This document shows positions 45,098-54,591 of a DNA stretch of 60,867 bases, one piece after another. How positions within the stretch are numbered: the stretch's first letter is position 1; each line of letters begins with the position of its first letter. The translations under genes and the position numbers were made by a program. This DNA comes from Spirochaetales bacterium (GTDB lineage: Bacteria > Spirochaetota > Spirochaetia > DSM-27196 > SKKC01): assembly GCA_046545955.1 (NCBI GenBank), contig JBKGYS010000001.1:1-60867 (forward strand). The letters are read 5' to 3'. Below the pieces are notes generated by a model. The model worked only from the letters and a program-made list of their open reading frames with translations, was not told the DNA's origin and did no database searches.

Positions 45098-47509
45098 TTG
45101 GTCCAGCCTTTGACTCTCGCGTGCAGACACTCCGACGGAGGCCATCGCGCATACAGGACATTCACGCTGGCGTTCGCTATTCTGATCGCCTCCGCTGTCA
45201 CTGCCGTAGCGAACGAGCCCGACCTCATTGTCAATACAAGCCATCAGGGCAGCGTCGAGCAACTCCATTTTAACGCGGAAGAGCAGCTTCTCGTCTCCGG
45301 TTCGAGCGACGGCTCAGTCCGTGTATGGGACGCCGACACACAGGAGCTGCTGCGCAACCTCCAGGTAACGCAGCTGCCTATCCGTCAACTCGCGTCACAT
45401 CCTTCCCGACCGGAGGTTGCTGTTGTCGTTCAAACATCCGAGGGCTACCGATTGTCGGTATGGGACTATATGGACGGAGAGGAGCTGTACTTTCAGGAAT
45501 TACAGTCTGAGCCGCTGCACATGAGTTACAGTCCGAAAGGAACCTGGCTCGTGTATTCGCAGACGGCAGCCGAGAGCGTCGTAATGCTCGATTCCGAGAC
45601 AGGGGAACGCGACGACAGAGTCGAGATGGATACCGGAATCGTCAGTTATTTTACGATAGGCGGAAGCGAAACCAACATCATGACGTACGCGCCGGCAGAT
45701 GGCCGCATTCAATATACCCGCCTCGAAGACGGAAACACTCTTCAGGAGGATTCCACGGTTTCGAACCTCCAGGACATGCACGTTCTCGAAAACCGCCGAT
45801 TCGCCGCGGCCCGCGACGGGGACGATCTAGTCATAATCGATATCCTCGACGGGAGCGAACGCGACAGGGTTACCCGTGAACGGATACGCGATATAAAAGT
45901 CGACTCCGAGTCGGGACGAATCGCCGTTCTTCACGGGCAGGACGGCTCGCGCGGCATAGAGGAATATGAGTTCGACGGTGATTCGCTTTCCCTGACTGAA
46001 GAGTATGATGAAGAAACTACGGCAGAAATCAGCGCCATCGAGTTTGTGTTAGGTAACGTGTTCTCCGGCGGGCCCGAAGGACGTCTCGCTCTCGTGACCG
46101 ACGAAGAGCTGGACATAATTGCCGAGAACGAGCTTCTCCCGGTGCGATCGGTCGCGTTCGGAGAATACTCTATGCTTGTCACCGCCAACGACTACGCCAG
46201 CTCGATCAAGTCGGATTTTTTCGGGTCAATGACTCTCGACGATGAGCTTCAGGTACGCGAGCAAGAATCCGGAATCCTGCCCCAACCGGGAGATGAAAAC
46301 AGGCGCGAAATCGAGGTTTCCAATCCGGAGGGCGATCGCGTTGTTCTCAGCGAGCGTTTTTCCAATCGCGGCAGCAGTTTCACCACTCGTCGGGCGCTTC
46401 AGCGTGTGAGTCCGGAGCTCGAGCTGTCACGCTCCGATGGATTCGGCCGCGACCGGGGTCCCGAGGGCACCGACAACCTGACCGAGCGAGACATAACCAT
46501 AAGTTACCTCGAAAACGAACCGTGGGATCAGTCGGTCGCGAACGCGCCCAACCTCTATACAACGCTCGACAGCCGCATACTCCTGTGGGATTCGCCCGAT
46601 ATACCAATGAGCCTTGTCGAAGATGACGACTCAATCGCCCGAGCTCCCAACACCCGGGATGAATCGATTCGCAGCCTGGTCGGTCATGATGCGGCCGTGA
46701 CGGTGCTCTACAGCGATGGTGTGGCCGAACAGCGCCATCCGATTACCTTCGAGGTCCTGCAGGACTATGACGTTGGCGAAAGCCTTACTGCCGCGTACAT
46801 CCGTGACTCCATGCTCTTAGTCGGGCGCAACGCGAGTGGCCGCAGCGGATCGGCGTTAACTCGGGTAGACCCCGAGACCGGGGAGACGGTTAACCTCGAC
46901 ACCGAGGCGTTTTACGTGTTCCGAATCGCAGTCGACAGACAACGGGGAGCCGCCTACGTACTCGGGTTATCGCGGGGCGACGAAGGTCTCGTGACAACCG
47001 TCGAACGGATAACCGGCGAGGGGCTGCGTGAGACGGAGCTACTGCACGAAGTTCCGACCGAAGATCTGGAGTCGGACATCACCGTCGACGAGCGGACCGG
47101 CACTGTGTATATCGCAGCCGGACTCGATGGCGTACTCGTCTGGGACGGGTCGGAAATCCGAACACTTCCGCAAACCGATCATCTCGCTCGCCGCCTTGTA
47201 GTCGGGCGTGGTAAGGTGCTCGCGGTCAATGTGAACGGGACCATCAGTATATGGAACCAGGCATCAGAGGAACACCTCGGAGATGTGTACCTGTTCGAGG
47301 ACGGTCGCTGGCTCGCCTTAGGCCCTGACGGCGGTTATTTTACGGCAGAAGATATGGATGTCGTCGATTTACTCCGAGCTCCCGAGGAGGATATTGACAT
47401 AGCCGAACGGCGAGCCGAACTTCCCGTTACGATCAGCGCCGCGCAATACGAGCGTGGAGTCGAACTCGACGAGGTGCTGCGTTCGCTCGGCCGACGTGAA
47501 ACCGACTGA
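45098..47509 (+). CDS. Large exported beta-propeller / WD40-repeat protein
   Basis: 803 aa with a TTG start 3 nt after the rseP stop. It has an N-terminal hydrophobic anchor (TLAFAILIASAVTAVA). A WD-like repeat, GSSDGSVRVWDADT, is followed by repeated beta-strand patterns. It is very acidic. Confidence 0.6.
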   Translation: MVQPLTLACRHSDGGHRAYRTFTLAFAILIASAVTAVANEPDLIVNTSHQGSVEQLHFNAEEQLLVSGSSDGSVRVWDADTQELLRNLQVTQLPIRQLASHPSRPEVAVVVQTSEGYRLSVWDYMDGEELYFQELQSEPLHMSYSPKGTWLVYSQTAAESVVMLDSETGERDDRVEMDTGIVSYFTIGGSETNIMTYAPADGRIQYTRLEDGNTLQEDSTVSNLQDMHVLENRRFAAARDGDDLVIIDILDGSERDRVTRERIRDIKVDSESGRIAVLHGQDGSRGIEEYEFDGDSLSLTEEYDEETTAEISAIEFVLGNVFSGGPEGRLALVTDEELDIIAENELLPVRSVAFGEYSMLVTANDYASSIKSDFFGSMTLDDELQVREQESGILPQPGDENRREIEVSNPEGDRVVLSERFSNRGSSFTTRRALQRVSPELELSRSDGFGRDRGPEGTDNLTERDITISYLENEPWDQSVANAPNLYTTLDSRILLWDSPDIPMSLVEDDDSIARAPNTRDESIRSLVGHDAAVTVLYSDGVAEQRHPITFEVLQDYDVGESLTAAYIRDSMLLVGRNASGRSGSALTRVDPETGETVNLDTEAFYVFRIAVDRQRGAAYVLGLSRGDEGLVTTVERITGEGLRETELLHEVPTEDLESDITVDERTGTVYIAAGLDGVLVWDGSEIRTLPQTDHLARRLVVGRGKVLAVNVNGTISIWNQASEEHLGDVYLFEDGRWLALGPDGGYFTAEDMDVVDLLRAPEEDIDIAERRAELPVTISAAQYERGVELDEVLRSLGRRETD

Positions 47510-47606
47510 TGAAAGAGATCCACAATTGAAGTTCCCGTCGAGGACTACGGAAGCTCGCACGGGTTCTGTTCTGTCTCACGAGAAGTCCGCCAACGGCAGT
47601 CGCCGC

Positions 47607-47894
47607 TTAGTCGGGAGGATTCTCTGAAACTCTCAGAATCGCCTCGCGAACCGCCTCCCGAACCTCGGCGATTCGCTCTTCGTCTTCGGCATGAGCGTAG
47701 AGGCGACCCAAGAGATTGGCCCGGTATTTGGGCCTGACACGGTTCAACGCGTATGCTGCCATGTCGAGTACGCAGTCCACGCTACGGCATATGTCGTCAC
47801 CTGCCTGGTCGAGCTGTCGTTCCAGCTCGTCGAAAACGAGGCGTTCGCTATCGTTTGTGAGGTCTTCGAGATTGTAGCGCTGTTCCAGTGCCAT
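47607..47894 (-). CDS. ComFB-domain protein
   Basis: 95 aa. The pattern C..x..C, D.AAYALNRVRPKY, LY and the C-terminal NP matches the ComFB family as I recall it. Confidence 0.6.
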   Translation of the reverse strand: MALEQRYNLEDLTNDSERLVFDELERQLDQAGDDICRSVDCVLDMAAYALNRVRPKYRANLLGRLYAHAEDEERIAEVREAVREAILRVSENPPD

Positions 47895-47909
47895 ATTGCT
47901 GCGTCCTCC

Positions 47910-49232
47910 CTAGGTCGGATTATCGGCTAAGGTTTCGAACCGGGTATACTCCGGCACAAACCCGATTTTCACTGTCCCGATCGGTCCATTACGCTGTTTC
48001 GCGAGGATAAGCTCGGTCTCCACCACCGGCTGCTCGTCTGTTGCTTCCCGGGATCTATGGAGGAAAATAACGACATCCGCGTCCTGCTCGATCGACCCGC
48101 TTTCGCGCAGATTCGCCAGGCTCGGACGTTTTCCTTCGGAATCACGATTAACCTGAGACAACGCCACCACCGGAATTTTCAGCTCGCGCGCGAGACCTTT
48201 CAAGCTACGCGAAACTTCGGCGATCTGCTCGTGCCGCGGAATATCGTTGTTTTCCGACCCGATTAACGAAATATAGTCGACGAAGATAATCTTGACGTCA
48301 CCCTGTTGTTTCATCCGGCGGGCCTGTGCGCGAAGATCGAGCAGCTTCATATTGGGGGTATCTGCGAAAAAAAGGGGGGCTTCGTAAATCATCCCGGCCG
48401 ACTCCACAAGGTGAGCAAAGTCTGCCGGGCGAAGCATGCCGGTACGAATCCGCTGGCTTGAAATTCTCGCTTCGCTCGACACGAGGCGCTGCATTATCGC
48501 CATATCGCTCATTTCGAGCGTAAAGAACCCCGTAGAGACTCCCTGCTGTATCGCAATATTGGCGGCCATGCTCAACGCGAACGCGGTTTTCCCGATAGAC
48601 GGGCGCGCGCCGACAACGATAAACTCACTCTCCTGAAAACCGCTGGTCAACTTGTCGAGCGCGACAAAACCCGACGGTACTCCGGTATAGTCATCCTTGC
48701 TTCGATACAGGCGCTCGATCGCGTCGACAGTGCGCTGAATAATCTCGCGAGCAGGCTTGTAGCCTTCCGCTTGATTCTCGTCGGTGATTTCGAAGATCTG
48801 CTGTTCGGCTTCCTCGATTACGTAGCGCGTTTCCTGTTGCTCGTCGTAAGAACTGTGTGCAATCGACTCCGAAATGCGAAGCAACCTCCGCCTGACGCTG
48901 GCATCCCGCACGATACGTGCGTAATACTCCACATTGGCGGCGGTTGGCACGGCAGCGGTGAGCCCGGCGACGTAACCGGCGCCACCCACCGCTTCAAGCT
49001 GACCCCGCGTTCGAAGCTCTTCGGTAACGGTGATAAGGTCGGGAGTCTCGGACCGATCGCTCAGTGCGACGATGCACTCGAACACCTTTCCGTTCGAAGC
49101 ACGATAAAAATCGCGGGCTCTGATATAAGGGAGAACCCGGTTCAGCGCGTCGGCGTCGAGCATTAACGCGCCGAGAACCGCGACCTCCGCCTCTTCGTTG
49201 TGTGGAGGGACTCTCCCCTTGGGATCGGACAT
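47910..49232 (-). CDS. dnaB: Replicative DNA helicase
   Basis: 440 aa with PPHNEEAEVAVLGA, Walker A GARPSIGKTAF, and ALSQVNR. There is no intein. Confidence 0.9.
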   Translation of the reverse strand: MSDPKGRVPPHNEEAEVAVLGALMLDADALNRVLPYIRARDFYRASNGKVFECIVALSDRSETPDLITVTEELRTRGQLEAVGGAGYVAGLTAAVPTAANVEYYARIVRDASVRRRLLRISESIAHSSYDEQQETRYVIEEAEQQIFEITDENQAEGYKPAREIIQRTVDAIERLYRSKDDYTGVPSGFVALDKLTSGFQESEFIVVGARPSIGKTAFALSMAANIAIQQGVSTGFFTLEMSDMAIMQRLVSSEARISSQRIRTGMLRPADFAHLVESAGMIYEAPLFFADTPNMKLLDLRAQARRMKQQGDVKIIFVDYISLIGSENNDIPRHEQIAEVSRSLKGLARELKIPVVALSQVNRDSEGKRPSLANLRESGSIEQDADVVIFLHRSREATDEQPVVETELILAKQRNGPIGTVKIGFVPEYTRFETLADNPT

Positions 49233-49252
49233 GATCGCTTAAGGACCTACCC

Positions 49253-49852
49253 TCAGCCCTCGGTCTGCTCGTCCTCGCCTTCTGCCGTCGTGGTCGCGGA
49301 TTCACCGGCACCGTTCACGGGTTCTTCAACGGCAGTTTCGGACTCGCCCTGGGTCGCTTCGGTGGTTCCGGAGTTTTCCGACTGAGCGCTATCAGCGCCT
49401 TTGCGTCCGGCTGCTGTCACGGTTACAGTGAGCGTGGCTTCTTCTTCGCCGTAGAGACGGACCCTTACCTTGAAGTTCCCCACCGTCTTGATTGTCTTTT
49501 CGGGTACGTCAATCTGGCGACGCTGAACGTCGATACCAGCTTTCTCGAGGCGCTCGGCAATACCGGCGCTGCTTAACGAGCCGAAGAGCTTACCGTTCTC
49601 CCCCGCCGGCATTTCCACGACCATCGGTTCGTTTTCGATCCGCTCGCGAAGTGACTGTGCTTCGCGTTGTTTCTTCTGCTTGCGTTCCTCGATTTCCGCA
49701 CGCCGCGCGTCAATTAATGCGCGATTCGCCCGGTTGTCCAGAAGCACAAGGTTGCGCGGAAGCAGGTAATTGCGTGCGTACCCAGGCTTCACCTCGCACA
49801 CATCCCCTTCTTCACCAAGGTTTGAAACGTCTGTATTCAAAATAACTTTCAT
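49253..49852 (-). CDS. rplI: 50S ribosomal protein L9 with acidic low-complexity C-terminal tail
   Basis: 199 aa with MKVILNTDVSNLGEEGDVCEVKPGYARNYLLP. The tail of about 50 aa is rich in E, T, G and A. Confidence 0.9.
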   Translation of the reverse strand: MKVILNTDVSNLGEEGDVCEVKPGYARNYLLPRNLVLLDNRANRALIDARRAEIEERKQKKQREAQSLRERIENEPMVVEMPAGENGKLFGSLSSAGIAERLEKAGIDVQRRQIDVPEKTIKTVGNFKVRVRLYGEEEATLTVTVTAAGRKGADSAQSENSGTTEATQGESETAVEEPVNGAGESATTTAEGEDEQTEG

Positions 49853-49893
49853 GACTTTCTCCTTTCCCCTTCAATTGACCTGTAACCATACGA

Positions 49894-50871
49894 CTATTGC
49901 GCGGGCCGTTGGGGCCCCCGCGGAGTCGGTCCGTCCCTGCGCCGTGTCCAATGCTCGAAGAGCCCAAGGCTGGGTACTACTAAGGCTACGATGCCGCCGG
50001 TTAATGGAATAACAAACAGCAGCATGAGCACAAGCGGCACGAGCGCCCTGCGGCCCGGCCTTTTCCCATCGGCTCCGACGAGAAACTGCAGCAGTCCAAC
50101 ACCCTGGGCTGCGAATACGCCGCCTGAGAATATTAACGTATTCCACCCGAGGATGCCGAAAAACTCCGGCCCGCTACTCAGTTCGACGACCACACCTGCG
50201 AGCCCCGCCAGAAGAACGAACGGCAACCACGACGGAGAGCGGTATTGTTCCAGTATCCGGTCGCCTACCGCACCTGATAGCCGTCCTCCTACCAGGTAGT
50301 TCAACCCGAGCGTAAGGGTGAATCCTCCTGCGAATGTTCGAAGCCACAGCATTGAGACCAGTCGCTCGGGCGATTCGACGCCGAACATTTCGCTTATATC
50401 AACGCCCTCAGGCATATCTGAAAAGATCTGCTCGGCGGCCGAAAGTTGCGAAGCGATTTGCCCACGGAAGGCCTCGCTGTCGACAAGCATAGTTGCGGAG
50501 GGAAGCGCCGCGAGCGTTGCAACGAGTCCCGCTACAGCTAACGATGCTGTCCGGCCGCCCCGCGGCAGCCGAAGTTCGTTCAAGACCCATACAGCGCAGA
50601 TCAGGCCAATCGGAACCAACCCATCCACCATCGCCGCGCCGAAGAGATCGTCCGGAGCCTGGAAGGCACGCCACGCCACGACAATTGCAACGAAAACAGC
50701 CGACAAGCCGCATCCGATGGTTAGGTGCCGTCGGTCGGTCTTTCCCCGAAGAAACTGCAGTGGTGCCGGAAACAGAAGGAAAAACACACCTGTTTGAAAG
50801 ATCAGTGCCGCCAGGAACGACAACGATCCAATCGCGACCCAATCGGTATGCTTCCGTGTGTCTGTACCCAT
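49894..50871 (-). CDS. Polytopic membrane protein (DUF2232 / YybS-like by position)
   Basis: 325 aa with about 8 TM segments. It occupies the slot between rpsR and rplI that YybS holds in Firmicutes. Confidence 0.55.
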   Translation of the reverse strand: MGTDTRKHTDWVAIGSLSFLAALIFQTGVFFLLFPAPLQFLRGKTDRRHLTIGCGLSAVFVAIVVAWRAFQAPDDLFGAAMVDGLVPIGLICAVWVLNELRLPRGGRTASLAVAGLVATLAALPSATMLVDSEAFRGQIASQLSAAEQIFSDMPEGVDISEMFGVESPERLVSMLWLRTFAGGFTLTLGLNYLVGGRLSGAVGDRILEQYRSPSWLPFVLLAGLAGVVVELSSGPEFFGILGWNTLIFSGGVFAAQGVGLLQFLVGADGKRPGRRALVPLVLMLLFVIPLTGGIVALVVPSLGLFEHWTRRRDGPTPRGPQRPAQ

Positions 50872-50929
50872 GTTGTTCTACCTATCAACGGGCGTGGCTA
50901 GTCGCTATTCGCATGGAACGAGCGGCTTT

Positions 50930-51217
50930 CTAACCGTACGGAAGCAACGCGATCTTACGCGCTTTCTTGATCTCACGAACGAGACGGCGCTGGTTTTTTG
51001 CGCTCGTTCCGGTAATCCGGCGAGGCAGAATCTTACCCTGGTCGGTTACAAATCGCCGCAGAACCTCCGGGTGCTTGTAATCGATTGTAAGATTCTGAGC
51101 CTTGATCTTATCTACTTTCTTGCGGAAAAACGGCTTGCTTTTTCCGCGGAATCCTCCGCCGCGGCCACCGCGTCCGCGATCTTCGCTTCCCCTGTCTCTG
51201 TCATCGCTCATAGACAT
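50930..51217 (-). CDS. rpsR: 30S ribosomal protein S18 with RGG-rich N-terminal extension
   Basis: 95 aa with [35 protein letters not shown]. Confidence 0.9.
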   Translation of the reverse strand: MSMSDDRDRGSEDRGRGGRGGGFRGKSKPFFRKKVDKIKAQNLTIDYKHPEVLRRFVTDQGKILPRRITGTSAKNQRRLVREIKKARKIALLPYG

Positions 51218-51255
51218 TTCTCCTTAGCTAATCGTTCAACTATCGCCTGCCGGCG

Positions 51256-51717
51256 TTAAAACGGCACGTCATCCTCGAAATCATCGACCGGATCAGCCGG
51301 ACCGGAGCCTGCTCCCCCGAAGGGTTCATTTCCCCCTCTCGAAGCACCGGTTGATGCGCCGGTCGAGGACCCGCCAGGCCCTGCCCCGTCGCCGCGTCCG
51401 CCGAGAAGCTGGATATTATTGCAGAATATTTCAACTTTACTTCTGGTCTGGCCGTCCTGTTCCCAGCGGTTCTGCACGAGTTCGCCGTCTACACCGACCT
51501 GCTTTCCTTTGGTGAGGTAGCGGCTGACCGCTTCTCCCATTCTTCCGAAGATGACAACGTCGAAAAAGTTTGCCTCGTCAACCCATTGATCGCCCTGCTT
51601 TCGCCGGCGATTGATTGCAATTCCGAACTTTGTAATCTGCATGCCACCCTGAGTAACCTTCACGTCCGCGTCGCGGACAAGTCGGCCGACCAGGGTAACG
51701 CGATTGATATCGGCCAT
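51256..51717 (-). CDS. ssb: Single-stranded DNA-binding protein
   Basis: 153 aa with an OB fold (NRVTLVGRLVRD), a Gly-rich linker, and an acidic tip DDFEDDVPF. Confidence 0.9.
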   Translation of the reverse strand: MADINRVTLVGRLVRDADVKVTQGGMQITKFGIAINRRRKQGDQWVDEANFFDVVIFGRMGEAVSRYLTKGKQVGVDGELVQNRWEQDGQTRSKVEIFCNNIQLLGGRGDGAGPGGSSTGASTGASRGGNEPFGGAGSGPADPVDDFEDDVPF

Positions 51718-51723
51718 AGTCTG

Positions 51724-52005
51724 TTACGCCTCCTGGCGTACTACCATGAACCGCAGAAGATCGTCTTTGTGACGGAGGGCTGACTCAACGTCGGCGACCG
51801 TCTCCGGTGCCATTTCAGCGATAAAGAGAAAATAATGCCCTTGATGGACATCCTTGATCGGATAGGCGAGTGTTCGCTGCCCCATGTCGTCTTCTTTGAC
51901 GACACTTGCGTTAAGCTTCGCGAGCTCGCTTCGTACCATGTCCCGACCCCGGTTGAACACTTCATCTTCGGGCCGAAACACGCACATTACCTCGTAATTG
52001 CGCAT
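51724..52005 (-). CDS. rpsF: 30S ribosomal protein S6
   Basis: 93 aa with MRNYEVMCVFRP and LAYPI. Confidence 0.9.
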   Translation of the reverse strand: MRNYEVMCVFRPEDEVFNRGRDMVRSELAKLNASVVKEDDMGQRTLAYPIKDVHQGHYFLFIAEMAPETVADVESALRHKDDLLRFMVVRQEA

Positions 52006-52032
52006 AACTTGCTTATGCCTCCTTGTGGACTA

Positions 52033-52066
52033 TTTACCCTGAGTAAGCATACCTTCCCAGGGTAAA
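52033..52066 (-). promoter_or_regulatory. Hairpin in the rpsF 5' leader (candidate S6:S18 autoregulatory element)
   Basis: It is a perfect 9-bp inverted repeat, TTTACCCTG / CAGGGTAAA, with a 16-nt loop. On the mRNA strand it ends about 10 nt upstream of the AAGGAGG SD. Confidence 0.35.
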
Positions 52067-52145
52067 GAGGAAGGTCATAGCTACCATGCAGACGAAAGAG
52101 CTGTCAAGCCGCCGAGAATCATGCCGATAGGGAACACATAACGAT

Positions 52146-52601
52146 ATGGCTGCACGCGTAAACTACGAGGACAATATATTCTTCCTCTCCGCGATTATCA
52201 AAACACTATCGACCGGTATGTCGCTCGACATCGACAGTGAGATCTTCCGAGAGAAGGTTGTCGAGGATATCGCATTCGTACACTCGACGATAACCCGGCT
52301 CCATGATTCGTTGCGCAACAACGTATACCTCATTCGCCGCACGGAGTACATGCGGGAACTCTCTCGGGCCGTTCAGCTGTTTATCAAATTTCTTGAAAAG
52401 GTCGAGGAGCCGGGGACGTCGTTTCGCGACGCGGTCGCGGAAAATGAGGCCACGTTCAGACGGTATCGCGACGAACAGACTCGCATGGAGCGTGAGCTGA
52501 CCCGAGCACTTCGGTCCACTCCGAAAAACACAGAGGAACAGGAAGATATTATCGGACAGGACGAATACCGGTTTCTTTTCGAAGACGGCGACGAGGGATA
52601 A
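52146..52601 (+). CDS. Hypothetical cytoplasmic protein
   Basis: 151 aa, helical-looking, with an acidic C-terminus. It has coding-like composition and I recognise no family. Confidence 0.45.
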   Translation: MAARVNYEDNIFFLSAIIKTLSTGMSLDIDSEIFREKVVEDIAFVHSTITRLHDSLRNNVYLIRRTEYMRELSRAVQLFIKFLEKVEEPGTSFRDAVAENEATFRRYRDEQTRMERELTRALRSTPKNTEEQEDIIGQDEYRFLFEDGDEG

Positions 52602-52704
52602 CGCTCTACCCCGTTTCCGGCATCGGCAATTGCAGAAATCGCTCACAATTTTGTACCCTTCCCGGAGCCGGCTCGAACCTTAGCCGGATAGTGGAAGGTA
52701 CCAA

Positions 52705-54489
52705 TTGACAAAGACTCAGATTCGAAAAACGAAAATAGTGTGCACGCTCGGGCCGGCGGTCGACGACTTCGAGAGCATCAAACGGCTTATCGAGTCGGGC
52801 ATGAACGTCGCACGACTGAACTTCTCCCACGGCTCCTACGATGAACATCGTCGCCGGATTCAACACGTTCGCGACGCATCTTTCGAACTCGATACTCCCG
52901 TTGCGATTATGGTCGATACCAAAGGACCGGAGATACGAACCGGCGATATTGCCGACGATGGTGCGATCGAGCTCCAGCACGACCACAGGGTTATCATAAC
53001 AACCGAGCAGGTCGCAGGGACTGAGGAGCGGATTTCAGTATCGTACGACAAGCTCACGGAGGACGTGGAACCCGGCCACCACGTTTTTATTGCTGACGGC
53101 CTGATCGATCTCGAGGTCGAGCGGGTAGAAGGAAATGACATTCACTGCATTGTCCGCCACGGCGGAATAATCGGATCGAAAAAGAATGTAAACGTACCGG
53201 GAATCCGCCCGCAGCTTCCCTCGATGACCGAAAAAGACCGGCAGGACATCCTCCTTGCGATTGAGGAAGGCGTCGACTTCATCGCTGCAAGTTTCATCCG
53301 TCGGGCCGACAACATCGTCGATATACGCGAAATCCTCGACCGTGACGAATCACCCATCCGGATAATCGCCAAGATCGAAGATGAAGAAGGGCTCGAAAAC
53401 ATCGATGCGATTATCCGGGTCGCCGACGGAGTAATGGTCGCGCGGGGCGATCTCGGCGTACAACTGTCGACCGAGCAGATTCCCATGGCTCAGAAGCGCG
53501 TCATCGCGAAGTGCAATCGCGAAAACAAGCCGGTAATCACCGCCACACAGATGCTCGACAGCATGATACACAATCCTAATCCAACACGAGCCGAGCTTAC
53601 CGACGTTGCCAACGCGATTTTCGACGGCACCGATTGCGTCATGCTTTCAGGGGAGACCGCCAGCGGTAAGCACCCGTTCGCATCGGCGGCTATGCTTCAC
53701 CGGATTGCGATGGCGGTCGAGTTATCCGAGGAATACCGTCAGCGATGCCGGGAGCACTTCGAGTCTTTCCGGGGAATAACGCACGATATGGGGCACGCGG
53801 TCGCGAAATCCGCGTATAGCCTCGCTCACGACGTGGAGGCCAGCGCGATTATCTCGCCGAGTTTGCGCGGCAATAGTCCGCGCCTTCTCAGTCAGTTCCG
53901 CCCGCTTGCCACGATCATCGCGGTGACGGTAAGCGAATCCGTACAGCGCCAGCTCCTGCTTCACTGGGGCGTTGTCCCGATACGGACAGAGGTGGTGACC
54001 GATTCGGACGCCATGATACAAAACGCACTCCGACTCGCACTCTCCGGCGGGTACGTCGAACGGCTCGACCGGGTCGTAACCGCTGCGGGAATTCCGGTTA
54101 ACTCCCCGATTATGATGAACACGGTGAAGGTACACTTCCTCGGCAACATTCTGAGTCGCGGTCGCTCCGGATTCGGTGGGACGGTAAGCGGACGGGTGGT
54201 AAAGTGCAACGATCCGCAGACGGCCCGCCGCAGACTCAAGCGCGACGGCACCGAAATAATGATAACACGCAAGTTTACGCGCGAGCATCTTCCGCTCGTT
54301 GCAGGACTCGCCGGCATTATTGTCGAGGAGGGAAGCCCGGTACCCCCGGAGGAAATCCAGAGACGCAACGAATCCGTTGTCTATATTGGGGAGGTCCCCA
54401 AGGCGTTCGACAGCTTCGAAGAGCGCCTCTACGTGAGCATCGATAGTGAGGAGCTTCTCATCTACGAAGGTATCATCTCGGGAGAATAA
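52705..54489 (+). CDS. pyk: Pyruvate kinase with C-terminal PEP-utiliser-like (swivel) extension
   Basis: 594 aa with a TTG start and a GGAAGG SD. It has KIVCTLGPA, NFSHG, MVARGDLGV and a C-terminal extra domain of about 110 aa. Confidence 0.9.
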   Translation: MTKTQIRKTKIVCTLGPAVDDFESIKRLIESGMNVARLNFSHGSYDEHRRRIQHVRDASFELDTPVAIMVDTKGPEIRTGDIADDGAIELQHDHRVIITTEQVAGTEERISVSYDKLTEDVEPGHHVFIADGLIDLEVERVEGNDIHCIVRHGGIIGSKKNVNVPGIRPQLPSMTEKDRQDILLAIEEGVDFIAASFIRRADNIVDIREILDRDESPIRIIAKIEDEEGLENIDAIIRVADGVMVARGDLGVQLSTEQIPMAQKRVIAKCNRENKPVITATQMLDSMIHNPNPTRAELTDVANAIFDGTDCVMLSGETASGKHPFASAAMLHRIAMAVELSEEYRQRCREHFESFRGITHDMGHAVAKSAYSLAHDVEASAIISPSLRGNSPRLLSQFRPLATIIAVTVSESVQRQLLLHWGVVPIRTEVVTDSDAMIQNALRLALSGGYVERLDRVVTAAGIPVNSPIMMNTVKVHFLGNILSRGRSGFGGTVSGRVVKCNDPQTARRRLKRDGTEIMITRKFTREHLPLVAGLAGIIVEEGSPVPPEEIQRRNESVVYIGEVPKAFDSFEERLYVSIDSEELLIYEGIISGE

Positions 54490-54591
54490 GCGTTCAACGA
54501 CTCGAAAAGCCGCCTTCCTAAGGGCCTTGCGTACGAAGCCTACATGAATGTAGTATTCGCGACATAAACCTACGGGAAGGATGGTTACTAC

